From assembly GCF_036365525.1 (NCBI RefSeq), contig NC_090387.1, positions 88,763,691 to 88,827,690 of the forward strand: a DNA stretch of 64,000 nt, read 5' to 3'. The stretch is from Heterodontus francisci (lineage: Eukaryota). Each line of letters begins with the position of its first letter. Positions within the stretch are counted from its first letter, which is position 1. A program made the position numbers and the translations under genes. Below the pieces are notes generated by a model. The model did no database searches, was not told the origin of the DNA, and saw only the letters and a program-made list of their open reading frames with translations. Below are positions 1-13,873 of the stretch, one piece after another.

Positions 1-40
1 ATGCTATTCCTAATTTTCACCCAAACTGATTCTCCTTCAT

Positions 41-203
41 AATAAATAAATAAAAGCAAATACTTCAGATGCAGTAAAATGAAATCTGTTACATTTCTAA
101 CATTTGCCAGTTCTGATGAAGAGTCACTGACCTGAAACGTTAACGCTTCTTCTCTTTCCACAGATGCTGCCAGACCTGTTGTGCATTTCCAGCATTTCTT
201 GTT
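41..203. mobile_element. Short Penelope-derived insert with 15-bp TSD
   Basis: TSD CTGATTCTCCTTCAT at 26-40 and 204-218; inverted arrangement of the terminal repeat. Confidence 0.7.
109..146 (+). ncRNA. Minimal hammerhead ribozyme motif (second copy)
   Basis: AGTT-CTGATGA-a-GAGTC-act-GACCT-GAAA-CGTT-AAC; core intact, one stem II mismatch. Confidence 0.5.
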
Positions 204-1550
204 CTGATTCTCCTTCATCAATCTTCTGAGGCCAGATCCCTTCTGACTAATATCCTAATGCCATATTTTACTACCAGGGCTACCCCTCTTCCTTTGTCAT
301 TCTGTCTGTCTCTCCGAAATATTGTGTACCCTGGAATATTAATTTCCCAACCTTGCTATCCTTATAACCATGACTTGGTAATGACAATTTTATTGCCTCT
401 GTTCCCTACAATGACGTTGTTTTCTGATGTACAATTTTTGTTAAACCCTATGTCCCTTCCTGTCCCATTCTTTTGAGGGTTACCGACATCACTATCCTGC
501 TCCTATGCCTCGACCCTCTCTCTTTGAATTTCTAAATTTCAGTTTACCAAACCTTACCCCGCTTCCCTCTGTTAGTTTCAAGCCCTGTCCACAACCCTAG
601 TTATGCGATTGGCCATGACATTGGTTACAGCCCAGTTCAAGTGAAGCCCATCCCAACGGAACAGTTCCCTCTTCCCTGTATACTGAAGTCATTGCTCCAA
701 GAATCGAAACCCCTTCCTCCCATACCACTCTTTGAGTCACACATTTAGTTCTTGGCACTGCTTGAACATATACCAATTTTCACTTGGCTCAGGTAGCAAT
801 CCTGAGTTGATTATCTTTGATGTTCTGCATTTCCGTTTGGACCCTAACTACTCGAATTCTCTAAGCAGAAGATCATTTCCGGTTCGACCTATGTCATTGG
901 TTCCCACATGGACCACGCAAAGTAGATCCTCTCCCGACTACTCCAGTTTCCTGCCAGCGGCAAGGTGATGTGATTTATCTTGTCACTGATCAGGCAAGAC
1001 AGCTGTTGGTGCTCCCTATAACAGCAACAGAGGACAGTACCTATCCCCCTGACTATACTGCCTTCTATCACTACCATATTTCTCTTTACTCCCCGCCCCA
1101 CGCACGACCCCACTGCAATGGCATCTTTCACCACGGTGCCGTGGTCAGTTCACTCATCCACCTTGCAGTACCTCTTTTCGTCCACACAGGTATCAAGGAT
1201 CTCGTGCCTCTTGGACAAGGTCTGAGGCTCGGGCTCCTCATTCACGACATATTGATTGCCCCCACCTGCTTCACTCACAGTCACAGCCCCCTTCTGCCCT
1301 TGACCATTGGCCATCTTTAATTGTCTCCCTACTCTAAGGGCTGTGAAAATGTCCAGGTACCTCTCCCCGTCCCTGATGCTCCACAATGTCTGCAGTTCTA
1401 AGATGAAGCCGTGCAAGCTGCAGACATTTACTGCTGACATGGTTGTCCAGGATTGCAGTGCATTCCACAGATTCCAGCAGACTACAATTACTGGACGCCA
1501 CTTGTCGTGCCATCTCTGTACAGTCTTTGTTTAAAATTAGTTAATTAGTT
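204..1550 (-). mobile_element. CR1 LINE 5' part (ORF1 esterase/SGNH-like), decayed
   Basis: Minus-strand RELFRWDGLHLNW (~625-675) and VVIEGSIVRGI..CCC (ORF 889-1134), typical of CR1 ORF1 esterase. Confidence 0.7.
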
Positions 1551-2978
1551 AATAATTCAAGCTGCAGTAATATAACGTTACTCTCACCTACCTTGGAGTA
1601 AAAAGAAGAGGGATCATCAGCTGCTGGAAGATGATAAAAGATAGGAAAAGGATCCCCTCTTTCCTCTCTGCCCCGACTTCCCACGTGCACCAAATTTCCA
1701 ACCAGACTCTGGCAAATGTTTCTTCTCACATCTCAACTCGGTAAAAATATTAGAATCCGTCTGCTCACATATATAATGTTCATATTTCCCAAAGTATCAC
1801 TCTGCCCAAACCTTTGAGGCTTCTTGTCCCTTAGGTTTATCCTCCTTTTCTATAAATCGTTCTTTGTTTCACACTATTTTATTGATCGACGCCAGCCATC
1901 AATTTCACAAGCAAACGCAACTCCTCAAACTGATTCATTTGTCTTTGTGTCTCCTCAACCATATCCATTTTTTTTCATCCTGCGAAGCAAAAATTTCATC
2001 ACTCCCATTCGATAAACCATTCTGATCGTTCTATGAAAATGCAAGTTGTTATGATAACCATGTTGGCTGCTGATATAGACGCCTAATATTCAGGCAGGTA
2101 TTTTAAGATGTCTTTTTGACAAGGTACAGTATCAGAAGTCTAATTGTTTAACATTTCATAGCTTCCGCAACGTATGTTGATAAGCAGTGATTTAGTAGGT
2201 TTCTCCATTCCACAACAATATAAGAAATATATTTTTGGTATTTTTCCTGAATAACAGAAACAAATTACTTAATTGGTTGTGAAGCGTGGTTGTGCATGTT
2301 GCGATGTTATATCAGGCCCTTTATAAATGCAACCCTGACCATTTAACAGAAATGTACGTATATTCTTTAGAGAACTGAGACGAAATTTATGGATATGAAA
2401 TTATTTGGTTTACATTTGGAGTAAAAAAAAAATGCAATGAATATGTCATCTGCATATAGTGGTGGACACTTTGCTGAACTTGTGCCCGAATACTCTCATT
2501 TCTAATTAGAATGGACTTTGCAGGACGAAATCAGGAGCATTGCTTAAAGAATCGCGTTTTGATCGGTTCGCATACTATAGTTCTGGAAAACACACCAATC
2601 TAACCTATTGGATTCGCTGATTAAATACATCGCTTTTATTTCAAGAGGCACATGGAAACTCATAGCAGTAGCACACATGGAAAGGTTTTGAATGCATGAT
2701 ATTTGAATTTATGTGAACTTTTAATGCTATTTTATGTATTTATTTTAAATGCAATGCATAAAATACGGACATATATAATCACGGGGGACTAAAAGACCTA
2801 TAATGTCTCCATCTTACTTCTGTTGTTGTTTGGTCATCGCTATGTTTGAATTTCCTAGCCAGGCTTGTATCAAGGAAATAACAGCGATCATGAGGTCAGG
2901 AAGCCAGTTGACGCTGAATCATTTTCCCAGTACAGTATGTTGCATCGAATACCAATGATTGCACTAAAAAAAATGTAC

Positions 2979-3116
2979 CTGGGAATTTGTGATTATTACA
3001 AGCTATAAAGCCTATAGATAATTCAAGAAGAATACGGGCAATTATGGTATTGACCAATAGCTTTGAGCCGTGAATGGATGCATTACCGGAAGCTCTTTCG
3101 GAAGGAGGAACGGTTC
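2979..3116 (-). CDS. Possible stalk+transmembrane exon with a charged TM (host gene unresolved)
   Basis: ttttgcatttgtgcccag| ... CCA G|gtacat, 138 nt, phase 1-1, open: GTVPPSERASGNASIHGSKLLVNTIIARILLELSIGFIACNNHKFP. Confidence 0.3.
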
Positions 3117-4169
3117 CTGGGCACAAATGCAAAACAAAAAATTCGGACCATTGTGTGACTATAATGAAAGTCCTTGGCTACGTTGTTAATGCGTCCTTCG
3201 CAAGCACTTGAGCATGATTAGGGAAAAGGGATTGTGTCCAGAATGAGCAAAGTGAATGCCTCACTAACCCCAGTAAAGATGCACCCATAATTCAGGTTGA
3301 TCTTATAAATGTTAAACTGCAATTGTTTTCATTCTGATCATCACTTACAGTCTGTCCATTTATTTCCTTTTCATCAGCAGTTATCTTTCTTACTGCATCG
3401 TACGCGTCAGCGTTTGTGATAATATTTTGGTGAAATAATTTGCAGAATATACACTGATAATTGACAAGCATGAAGTTATACACAGGCCTCGTTTGCTCTG
3501 TTAGCACATACTCCAGATGAATGCACATTAGGATCTACAAAAGCAATAATCAATGGCCCTGCAGATATTAGCAACTGGGGATAATAGAGGTGACAGCGGC
3601 AAGAGCTGCAAGACATCCTCATTCACATAGTAATGATTTTCTCTGTTTTATTGGTTTTCTTCCCAAATGCGTTATTCGCTATAAAGCTCCAGCGCATGTC
3701 AGACATAGACACCATTTACTTGCTTGGTATTGGTTGCTGCAGTATTATGTTCAAAGCCTCCATTGCCTGAGGGTAGAAGATATAGAGAAAACTGCGCACG
3801 TCTCGCTGCTTACTTTCCGATCAGCAAATTCAATGGTGCTACAATCGATTGCTTATTCCAAGAAGCTAAGACAGCTGACGGGAAGATTTTAGAGGTCCAA
3901 ATGTGTAACTAATTATAAACTAGTGAACACATACAAAAATAGAATGTTGTGCATTTTCTTAATAGGACTGGAACACAGGGGGTTGGAAGTTACATTCCAG
4001 CTGTACAGAACTCTGGCTGGACTACAGTTAGAGTATTATGTTTAGTTCTGGACACCGTAGTGCAAGAAGTAAATATTAGCCGCGAAGAGTGTGCTATTTA
4101 ATTTTACAAGGGGCTGAATGGACGGTTCTTGGTCCTACATTCCACAGACAACTCTTTACTCGGACTTGT

Positions 4170-4443
4170 ATTTATTTATTTTATTTATTTATTTAGAGAT
4201 GCAGCACTGAAACAGGCCCTTCGGCCCACTGAGTCTGTGCCGACCAACAACCACCCATTTATACTAACCCGACAGTAATCCCATATTCCCTACCACCTAC
4301 CTACACTAGGGGCAATTTACAACGCCCAATTTACCCATCACCAAAGGGCTGTGGGAGGAAATTGGAGCACCCGGCGAAAACCCACGCGGTCACAGGGAGA
4401 ACTTGCAAACTCCGCACAGGCAGTCCCCAGAATCGAACCCGGG
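4170..4443 (-). mobile_element. tRNA-derived V-SINE (HE1-like), 5'-truncated
   Basis: B-box GGTTCGATT on the minus strand, V-domain tggagtttgcaagttctccc, CR1-like tail ggccgaagggcctgtttcagtgctg and (TAAA)n. Confidence 0.85.
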
Positions 4444-5479
4444 TGGCTTTCATCCAAGTCCATGTCAGTTATCACTTTCCTGGAATTCCCATGGAGATAA
4501 TGCAGATTTCACGCTGTGACTGGGCCTCAGACTTAAGCACTCTGAGGGGAAACAGTGCAAATGGTGGAAAACGACAGTTTCCCTAGGATTTCCGACAGTC
4601 CTCCTTTCAGGCCGAAGTGAAATCCCGATTGTCGCCATTAAAATTGTATTATACCTTTGATGGAATTGTTATCTTCAAATCAGCACTTAGGGTTAACAGA
4701 GCGAAGTGAAGCTAAATCGTGAAAGATCAGAGCGGGAGACTTGCTGGGCATTATTTATTGTGACTATTTAAGGCGGAAATGGTGGTGTACGGGGATAGAG
4801 AATCGCATCGGAAATGTCGGCAGGGAGGTCAGCATCGTGGCATCGGTTCTGGAACTTCTTAGCGGCGGGAAACCGCCATGGTGGCATTGACGCGCTAATA
4901 CAATGGAAAGCTATGTTTAATTGTTGAGAAGTGTATGCAAATACATTTAAACATGATTATTACTGATTAAGTTACTAGCCTTCAATTTTGTTCACAACGG
5001 AACAGCACGCAACGAAAGGACTGAATGCCGCGACAGGCAGGCAGCCCTGAGATTTGCTGCATAGTTGAAGAGGGAGATATGGTGCCAGTGTGGGACTGTC
5101 TGCTGTATGCTCTGCAAGGCGGTTCTGTGTCGCAAGGGCTACTTTGAAAGACGTTTTTATGCCTCGGGGTTCGACAAGGGGCTTCAGAGTATCGTGCAAG
5201 GAGGTTCGATGCTGGGGGTGGGGGAGGGAGGTAGTGGAAGGTTATTCGGGATTTTGGGGGTCTGAAACATTTTATTTTGTATGTGAGGTGTTCTGCAATA
5301 TGTTTCGTGGTTCACACTACTGGAAGAAGGCGTCAACCATCAGCACGTTGTCTCTGCACTCCATCACCGACTCTGGCGAGAGAATTGCCAAAAGCTCAGT
5401 GGTCAAGACAGAATCCTCTCAGCATCCACTGTGGTCTGCAGGCCTTCAGGTCACCTGGGATGGGTCCAATAAAACTTGA

Positions 5480-7140
5480 ACATCTCAGAAATGGCTGTAA
5501 ATCAGGAAATTGAAGGATTAAGGAACTCAACAGAATTGCAATCATCAGGAAAGTGATACTGAGCACATTGTTGGAAGTGCAGGCTGGCAATTTCGCAGGT
5601 CCTGAAGGACTTCATCCTCGGGTCTTAAAAGAAGTGGCTACTGAGATCGTGACGCGTTGGTTTTAATTTTCCAAAATTCCCCAGATTTCGGGAAGGTGCC
5701 ATTAGATTGGACAATAACCAACGTAACTCCTTTGTTCAAAAAGGATAGGAAGCAGAAAACAGGAAACTAAAGATAGCTAGCCTTAGGACAAATTTTGAAG
5801 CTGTCATTAATGACGATACAGCAGGACACTTCAAAAAATTCAAGGGAGAGTCAGTATGGTTTAGTAAAAGGGAAATCATGTTTCACCAACTTATTGAAGT
5901 TTATTGAAGAAATAACATGTGCTGTGGATAAAGGGGGAACCTGTGGTTCTGCTGTACTTAGATTTCCAGAAGGAATTTGATAAGGTGCTACATCAAAGGT
6001 TATTGCAGAAAATAAAAGCTCATGGTGCAGGGTGGTAACAAATTGACATGGGTAGAAGCTTGGCTAGTTAACAGGAAACTGAGAGTCGGCACAATTGGGT
6101 CATTTTCTGGTTGGCAAGATCGAACGAGTGGTGTGCCATGGGGATCAGTGCTGTGGCTTCAACTTGTTAAATTTATATAAATGACCTGGATGAAGGACCG
6201 AAGGTATGGTTGCTAAATTTGCTGCTGAAACAAAGAAACGTGGGAAAGTACGGTATGAAGTGGACGTAAGGAAGCGACAAGGGGATATAGATAGGTTATG
6301 TGAACGGGCAAAGATCTAGCAAATGATGTTTAGGTGTGGAAAAATGTGAAATTGTCCATTTTGCCAGGAAGAATAAAAAAGAAGCATTATTATCTAAATG
6401 GTGAGAGATTGCATAGCTCTGAGATGCAGAGTGATCTGGGTGTCTCAGTGCATGAATCACAAGAGACTATTATGCAGGTGCAACAAGTAATTAGGAAAGA
6501 TAATATAATGTTATCATTTATTGCGAGAGCAATTGAATGCAAAAGTATGGAGGTTATGTTTCACTTATACAGTGCACTGAGGAGACCATATTTGGAGTAT
6601 TGTGTACAGAACTGGTCTCCTTATTAAAGGAAGGATGTGGGTCCGTTAGTATCAGTTCAGAGAAGGTTTACTAGACTAATACCGGAAATGGACAGGTTGT
6701 CTGATGAAAACAATTTGGAGAGGCTAGACTTGTATCGCTGGAGTTTAGAAGAGTAAGAGGTGACTTGATTGAAACATACAGTATTCTGAGAGTTCTTAAC
6801 AGGGTGGATGTGGATGTTTCTTCTAGTGGGAGAATCTAGAATTGGAGTCATTGTTTAAAAATAAAGGTTGGCCCATTTAAGACAGAGATGAGTTTTTTTA
6901 TCTCTCAGTGGCTCGTGAGTATTTAGAACGCTCTTCCTCAAACGGTGATAAAGGCATTTCTTTTATTATTTTTAATATTTTTAAGGCAGAGGTAGATAGA
7001 TTCTTTATAAGCAAGGGTGTCAAAGGTTATTGGGGTAGATGGGAATATGGAGTTTAGATTACCATCAGATCAGCCATGATCTTGTAGAATGGTGCTGCAG
7101 GCTTGAGGGGTCGAGTGGCCTTCTCCTACTCCAACTTCGT
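5480..7140 (+). mobile_element. CR1 LINE, 5'-truncated and decayed
   Basis: RT fragments SQYGLVKGKSCFTNLL, YLDF, RPYLEYCVQNWSPY and a CR1-type 3' end. Confidence 0.88.
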
Positions 7141-7249
7141 ATGCTCGAATTTTTGGACCTCATGATGCGATGTAGCGCCTTCAATGGAAGAATTAAATGG
7201 TCTGCTGAACCTGTCTGCGAAGATCCACAACAAGATCAAAAGTAGCTGG

Positions 7250-8300
7250 CCAAGGCAAGAATGGTCCATGTACACCAAAGACTTTAGAACACTCGATTAG
7301 CTACCTTCAAATGTCCGAGTACAATTGTCAGTAAAGACTGCAGCTCTGCAGTGAGTTTGTCACCGACTTATTCACCCTGTTGCAATGATGAGTTGCAAGC
7401 TATGGGATTTGAGGCAATCCTGTGCCAATGGCCCTGAAGATCGCCATGATACTAAACTTTTATGTACCTTGATCTTTCCAGGGATCCACTGGGGACCTAT
7501 GTAGAGTCTCACAGACAGCACCCCACCGTTGCATCAAGGAGGAGACCAATGCCCATTTCAAGATGGTCAGTGACTATGTGCCCTACTTGAGCAGTCCTGA
7601 CAGGCAGACCCAGTGGAAATCAGGTTTTAGGGCATCGCTGGATTCCCTCAGTTGCAAGGTGTGATAGATTGCATGCATGTGGTCATCAACGTTCACATAG
7701 ACCAGCCAGCTGCCTTTATCAACAGCAAGGGCTTTCATTCAATCAATATTCAACTGGTATGTGACCACCAACAGAATATCCAGCATGTGTGTGCCCAATT
7801 TCTGGGAAGCAGCCATGATACCTATATGCTTCAAAAGCCCCAGGTGCCAGAGCATTCCAGCACCTGCTCCCGCCCCCCACCACCACCCCCCCCCCCCCCC
7901 CCACCACCCCCACCCCACCCCACTCAGCTTCAGGGATGGATACTGGGGACAAGGGATACATTAAAGAATTAGCTTCTTACGCCTATGAAGAATCTTTGCA
8001 ATGCAGCAGATGAGAGGTGCAACAATTGCCACGGCTCGCTTCGAGCGACTAGTGAGGGCGCCATTGGACTACAGAAGATGAGATTCCATTGCCTCAATCG
8101 ATTTGGTGACTATGCCCCGGGGAGCAACTTGTGTATCACGGTAGTCTGGCCGTGCTCTGCACAATGTTGCACCACAGATGGGGCATGCCTTACTTAATAA
8201 TGATTTGGCTGAGCAACACTCATCTATAAAAAGAATAACACAGAGCAGGGAGAGGGACAAGCAGCAACGCAGGTGAAGACCTTGCACTGTTGGACTGTCG
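7250..8300 (+). pseudogene. PIF/Harbinger (HARBI1-like) DDE transposase remnant
   Basis: GFPQLQGVIDCMHV..FINSKGFHSINIQLVCD..GSSHD..WILGDKGY..EGAIGLQKMRFHCL, with stops, frameshifts and a poly-C expansion at 7870-7920. Confidence 0.8.
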
Positions 8301-9929
8301 GTGCACAAAGGAAGCAAAAAGCAACCTCATAATTTTTCATTTATAGCCACCCTGATGTGAGTCCAACAAAGATTCACCTTAATGTGTGAAGTCTGTTGTC
8401 TCCTTTCCCTTTATCTTCCCCGAATTGTGGTCAGCTGAAATGTATACTACTGCCCATGGGACAACATATGTTTATGAGGGTTGTGGTCAAATTGGAATTG
8501 GGTAGGGTGAAGTCGGCACATTACAATTAAAACATAATAGATCATGGCATTCAGACAATGATGGCCAATTATTTGCACATAAAAAGAAACTTTTATTTTA
8601 CAACACCATCGTATATTTTCGACACCCGTGTGGCCTAAAGTGCGACTAGGTTGTTTTCTTAGAACAAAAACACTTTCTAGGACCCCTAGTGATCCTTGCA
8701 TCACCAGCACAGATAATTCCACATCTGTTGTTGACTGCTTGGCTTCAGAATCAGGGTCATAATTTTGTGAGCGCACCACAAATGCAACCAAGCAGCTTGC
8801 TGAGGTTGCGACAGCCAAGGCATCTGACAGATGGAGGACTGTGGGCCCATGCATAAACCCAGGCCAATGATGAGTAGCTGTTGTTGACAGCACAGGGCAA
8901 GCTGGAGTTGCAGAGAGAGGCAATGCAGCTTGGCTCAAGTCAGGGAACACATTTGGAATGGGGCCGACGGATTGCATGCTTCAAGGTGTATCTTCGTTGC
9001 ATTCTCAATGAATGGCCATCAGGGTGGCTGAAAACGGGTAATATGAAGCTATCTCTCGCCCCCTTCGCATGTTGCTCAAGCTGCCTGCCCTCCAGCACTG
9101 TGACTTCAACATCCACTGCTGCTTGCTCTCTGTCCTCCACTGTAACGTCATGCTCATTGGTGAGTAGGTGCTGCTTATGTATCTTATAATCATAGATGGC
9201 CACCGTCCTCTTCAGTGCTAGATTGTTCAGAGCACAGCAGAGAACCTCAATATGCAAGGCATTCGCTGAGAAATTTTAACCGGACATGACATTCCTTCTT
9301 GTCTTCTATGACATTTGACATAATTCATTGCACAACCTATTCTACCTGGTGCACTTTATGTATTGGGTTTGACTTCTACCAAACCCGCAGAAGCTAGTTT
9401 CGCACATTACTGCAGCTCATCAGTGACGGACCCCATCCCCATCCCCAGCCATTACAACACTTTTTTTTGTACCAATATTTGGTGTTGGCCACTAATTAGC
9501 CTTTTTTTATTGAACATTGAAGTAATTATACTCAATAACGGAAAGCAATTCCATATGTTTGCTGAAGACCTTCAGCACTACCACTCCATAGCCACCATAC
9601 TGTTGCTTATCTATCCAGCTGATATGCTTCCAGGGCTTTTACCAGAATATTTTCAAGTTCAGAATTAGATTTTATTCTTTTGTAAAAGATTTTTAAAAAT
9701 CATTTCGTATCCAATCTAAATGTCCACGTTGTTGCTCCAATTGATCCTTCTTCTTGGCTGCCCAATAGAAATTACATCAATGGAAATCATTCTGGGCAAT
9801 CAGCTTCACCATGAATTACAACTGAGGCTCTTATTTATTCCTGTACATAAACATTGATACTTGCTTCCATTTGCTTCAAAATTGAACAGTAGTTATCGAA
9901 GGTGTTTGGTAAAGGCTGAGGCAAATGTT

Positions 9930-10740
9930 GCACCTGGTTGGTTAGGGCACATGACTAAAATCTTCATCAAAGAGGTAGGTTTTGAGGAATGTCTCAGAGA
10001 AGGAAAGCCAGTTAGCCAAATGGAATGATTTACGGAGGGATTTCCATAGCTTAGGGCCGAGACAGCTTCAGACACAACTACCAATGGTGAAGCGACTAAA
10101 ATAGAGGATGCTCAGGAAGCCAGCTTTGCGAAAGAACAGGTATCTGGAAGTGTTTTATGACAGGAGGATATTATAAACACAGGGAGGGTCCAGGCAACGT
10201 GGAAATTTGAATACGTGGTGAAAAATTTTAAACCGAGGTATTGTTTAACCAAAAGCTCGTGTTAGTCAATGATCATGAGGTTAACTGGGAATGGCGTTAG
10301 GGGCGACTTAGCGCATGGGAAATAGATCTTAGATGCCCTCAAATTTATCAAGGGTCAAATGAGGCAGGTTGGCCAGGCGTGCGTTAGAATAGACAAGTCT
10401 GGAGGTAACAAAGGAATGAGTAAGTGTGTCAGCAACGGAACAGCTGGAAATAGTGCATCTTACTAATCATGTGGATATATGGTTGGAAGATCAGCTTGGG
10501 CTTAAATATGACACCGAGGTTGGAGACAGTACAGTTCAGCCTGAAACAGTTGCCAGTGAGGGGGATGCAATCAGTGGCAAGGCAGTTGAGTTTGTAGCGG
10601 CGACCAAAAACAATGCTTCAGTCCTCTGAGTTATTATTAGGTAGATTAGAATGAAACCAGGCCATTGCTGTCACACCCAGATGGGCAACGCAGCAAAGGC
10701 TTTTGAAGAGCCTGGTCTGATCAACAGTGTCGAAGGCTGG
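9930..10740 (-). mobile_element. L2-like LINE 3' fragment, old
   Basis: Minus strand reads GPKLWKSL near 10035-10060; degenerate RT downstream. Confidence 0.5.
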
Positions 10741-11690
10741 CATAAAAGATATATTAAGTTTTCTAGTCTTTTTTTTTTGTTTTCCTTATACTGTTTGCAT
10801 TAAGCTCCTTATTCTCGCTAGATGGTTGTCTCCCGAGTACATTCTGTATTTGCGTCCTACGGTGAAGACACATGGGAGCAATTTGCTTCATATTTCTGCC
10901 GTTTCCTCATTTTCCATTATATTTTCACCTCGTTTTGCTTCTAAAAAAGGGTCCCGTGTTCTTTCACTGATTTCTTTCCACTTACAAACCTATAGAAATG
11001 TTACAATCTGCTTCTATGTCTCTTGCTAGTCTATGTCCATATTCTTAACATAGACTTGACATATTTCCATGTTTTAATGGAATTGCATTATCTCCCAACA
11101 GATGCACACAAACCTTTCAGAAAAGCATCAGTCAGTCGAAATTCAAAATGTTTCTATCAGCAGACTACGGAAAATGTTGCAAGTCACTAAGGTAGGCAGC
11201 TTTTTATATAATTTCCTTCAGTTCATGCGGTCAACAAATCTGTAGTTGGTACATTTCCTGACTGGGAGTTCCAAGAGTGGAACATCGAACTGCGTGTTGT
11301 AGTTGGATGATTCACGCAGGAGAACCTGCTCCTCAGCGGACTGGAACTCGGTTTAGAAGTGTTAGCATTTTATATAAATCACGGTCTTTTTTTTTCCTAT
11401 CTCCTCATAAATATTGTGTGTGCCTTCAAAACTGTAAAAAGATCAGTACACCGCTAAGGCACAATGTTCCGGAAACGTCGTCTGCCAGAGTGTATTCTGG
11501 TTGCCAAGCAACAGTAGCCAGAGAGAGGTCAAGTGGTGCAATATTGCAAATTGATTTTTGAAAGATAGCTGGCACAGACTGTGTTGAGCAGAGAGCGTTC
11601 TGCGATTTGAACTGAAGGAGCTGTGGTATTTCTCTCGCAAAATTCTACAAAGTGAAGTTGTGTTATGTCAATCTCAGGATTCTACCAAGC

Positions 11691-13873
11691 AACAAAGGAA
11701 ATTATGAAGGCATGAGAAGCAAATTGGTTGAGGTGGATTGGGAAAATACATAAAAGGGAATGGCAATGCACAGGCAATGGATAGTCTTTAAATAAATATT
11801 ACATAGTTTATAGCAACTATAAATTCCTTGAAGGCACAAAAGCCCCAAAAGTAAAGGCAGTCAACCGTGGATTAAAAAAAAATAAGTTAAGGATTGTATA
11901 AGATTAAAAGAAAGGGCCTCTAAAGTTGCCAGGAATAGTAGTAAACCTGAGGATTGGGAAAAATTTAGTATACAGCAAAGGAAGACGAATAAACTTATAA
12001 AGAAAGGGAGAATAGAATATGAATGTAAGCAAGTAAAGATATAAAAATGGACTATAAAAGCTTCCCTGGGCATATAAAAAGTAAACGTTTGGCTATAACA
12101 GGCAGAAGCAGGAAAATTAATAATGGGGAATAGAGAAATGACAGATAAACTAAATGATTACTTTGTGTCTGTCTTCACTGAAAACTACAAGAAATCTCCC
12201 AGAATTAGAGGTCCAGGGGACAGGGGGAATGAGGAATAGAAAGAAAGTAGCATTAGCAATAAGGTTGCATTGCAGAAATTAATGAGGTTGATGGCTGATA
12301 AATCCCCAGAACTTGATATTGTACATCCCAGAGTGTTCAAAGAGATAGCAATGGAGATGGTGGATGCACTTGTGATGATCTTCAAAAATAGATTCTGGAG
12401 CAGCTCTTGCAGATTGGAACGGTCTCAAATGTCACCACATTATTTAAGAAGAAAGGGAGACAGAAAATAGGGAATTGTAGAAATATTAGCCTTGCATTAA
12501 TCGTTGAGAAAATACCAGAAGCTATACTAGAGGATGTAATAAATGGACATTTAGAAAACAAGGATTTGATTGGGCAGAGTCAACATGGATTTATGAATGG
12601 GAAATCATGTTTGACGAAGTTGTTGGAGTTTGTTGAGGATGTTACCAACAGACTTGATAAAGGGGAGTCGGTGGACCTGGTATACTTGGATTTTCAAAGG
12701 GCTTTGATAAGGTTCCCCACAGAAGGTTCGTTAGCAAAATTAAAGCACATTGGATAGGCGGTAATATACTGGCATGGATTTAGTATTGAATACAGGCAGA
12801 AAACATAGATTAAGAATGAACGGGTCATTCTCACGTTGGTAGGCTGTGACTAGTGGGGTACAGCAAGGATCAGTGCTTGGGCCACAACAGTTCATTATAC
12901 ATATCAATGATTTGGATGTGGGACCAAATGTGGTATTTCCAGGTTCGTGGATGACAAAAAACTAGGTGGGAATGTGATTTGTGAGGAAGATGCAAAGCAG
13001 CTTTACGGGGATTTTGAATGACTTAGTGAGTGGGCAAGAACGTGGCAGATGGAACATAATGTCGAAAAATGTGAAGTTGTTCACTTTGGTAGGAGGAATA
13101 GGTGTGCAGAGTACTCCTTAAACGGCAAGAGATTAGAAAGTGTAGATGTACAAAGGAACCTGGGTGTCCTTGTCTATAAGTCACTGAAACCAAATATGCA
13201 AGTGCAGCAAGTAATAAAGAAGGCTGATGGTATGTTAGCCTTTAATGCAAGAGGATTGGAGTACAGGTGTAGTGAAGTCTTGCTTCAATTATATAGAATC
13301 TGGATTAGACCGCACCTAGAGTACTGTTTGCTGTTTTGGTCCCCTTACATATTATTGGCATCGAGGGAATGCAACCAAGGCTCACCAGGCATGTTCCTCG
13401 GATAGCGGGACTGCCATATGAAGTGAGATTGGGAAAACCGGGTGTGTATTATCCAGAGTTTCGAAGAATGAGAGGTGATCTCATTGAAACCTACTAAATA
13501 CTTAAAGGGATAGACTGGGTAGATGCAGGTAAGTTGTTTCCCCTGCTTAGAGAGTCTAGAACCAGGAGATATAATTTCAAAATAAGGGGGAATCCACTTA
13601 GTACAGAGATGAGGAGAAATTTCTTTACTCAGAGGGTTGTGAATCTTTGGAATCCTCCACCCCAGAAGGCTGTGGAAGTTCAGTCATTAAGTATGTTCAA
13701 AGCAGAGACTGCCAGATTTCTAAATACAAATGATATAAGGGGATATGAGGATAGTGTGGGAAAAAGACATGGAGGTGGATGATCAGCCATGATCGTACTG
13801 AATGGTGGAACAATCACGATGGACTGAATGGCTTACTCCTGCTCCTGTGTTCCTATGTTCGTTTGTTCCTATG
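11691..13873 (+). mobile_element. CR1 LINE inserted in the Gmr1 5' LTR
   Basis: ORFs 12270-12757, 13049-13405 and 13534-13782 (SQHGFMNGKSCLTKLLEF, YLDFQ, RPHLEYC, FFTQRVVNLWN); tail gttcctat. LTR sequence resumes after it. Confidence 0.9.

Noticed and set aside
1810-1979. Minus-strand coiled-coil-like peptide (EETQRQMNQFEELRLLV) resembling TRIM proteins
   Set aside because: Short, interrupted by stops, and no RING, B-box or B30.2 exons are seen.
7870-7920. Poly-C/poly-G tracts (also ~31790, 35845, 46830, 47776, 63935) giving poly-Pro/Gly ORFs
   Set aside because: Simple homopolymer expansions with no coding support.
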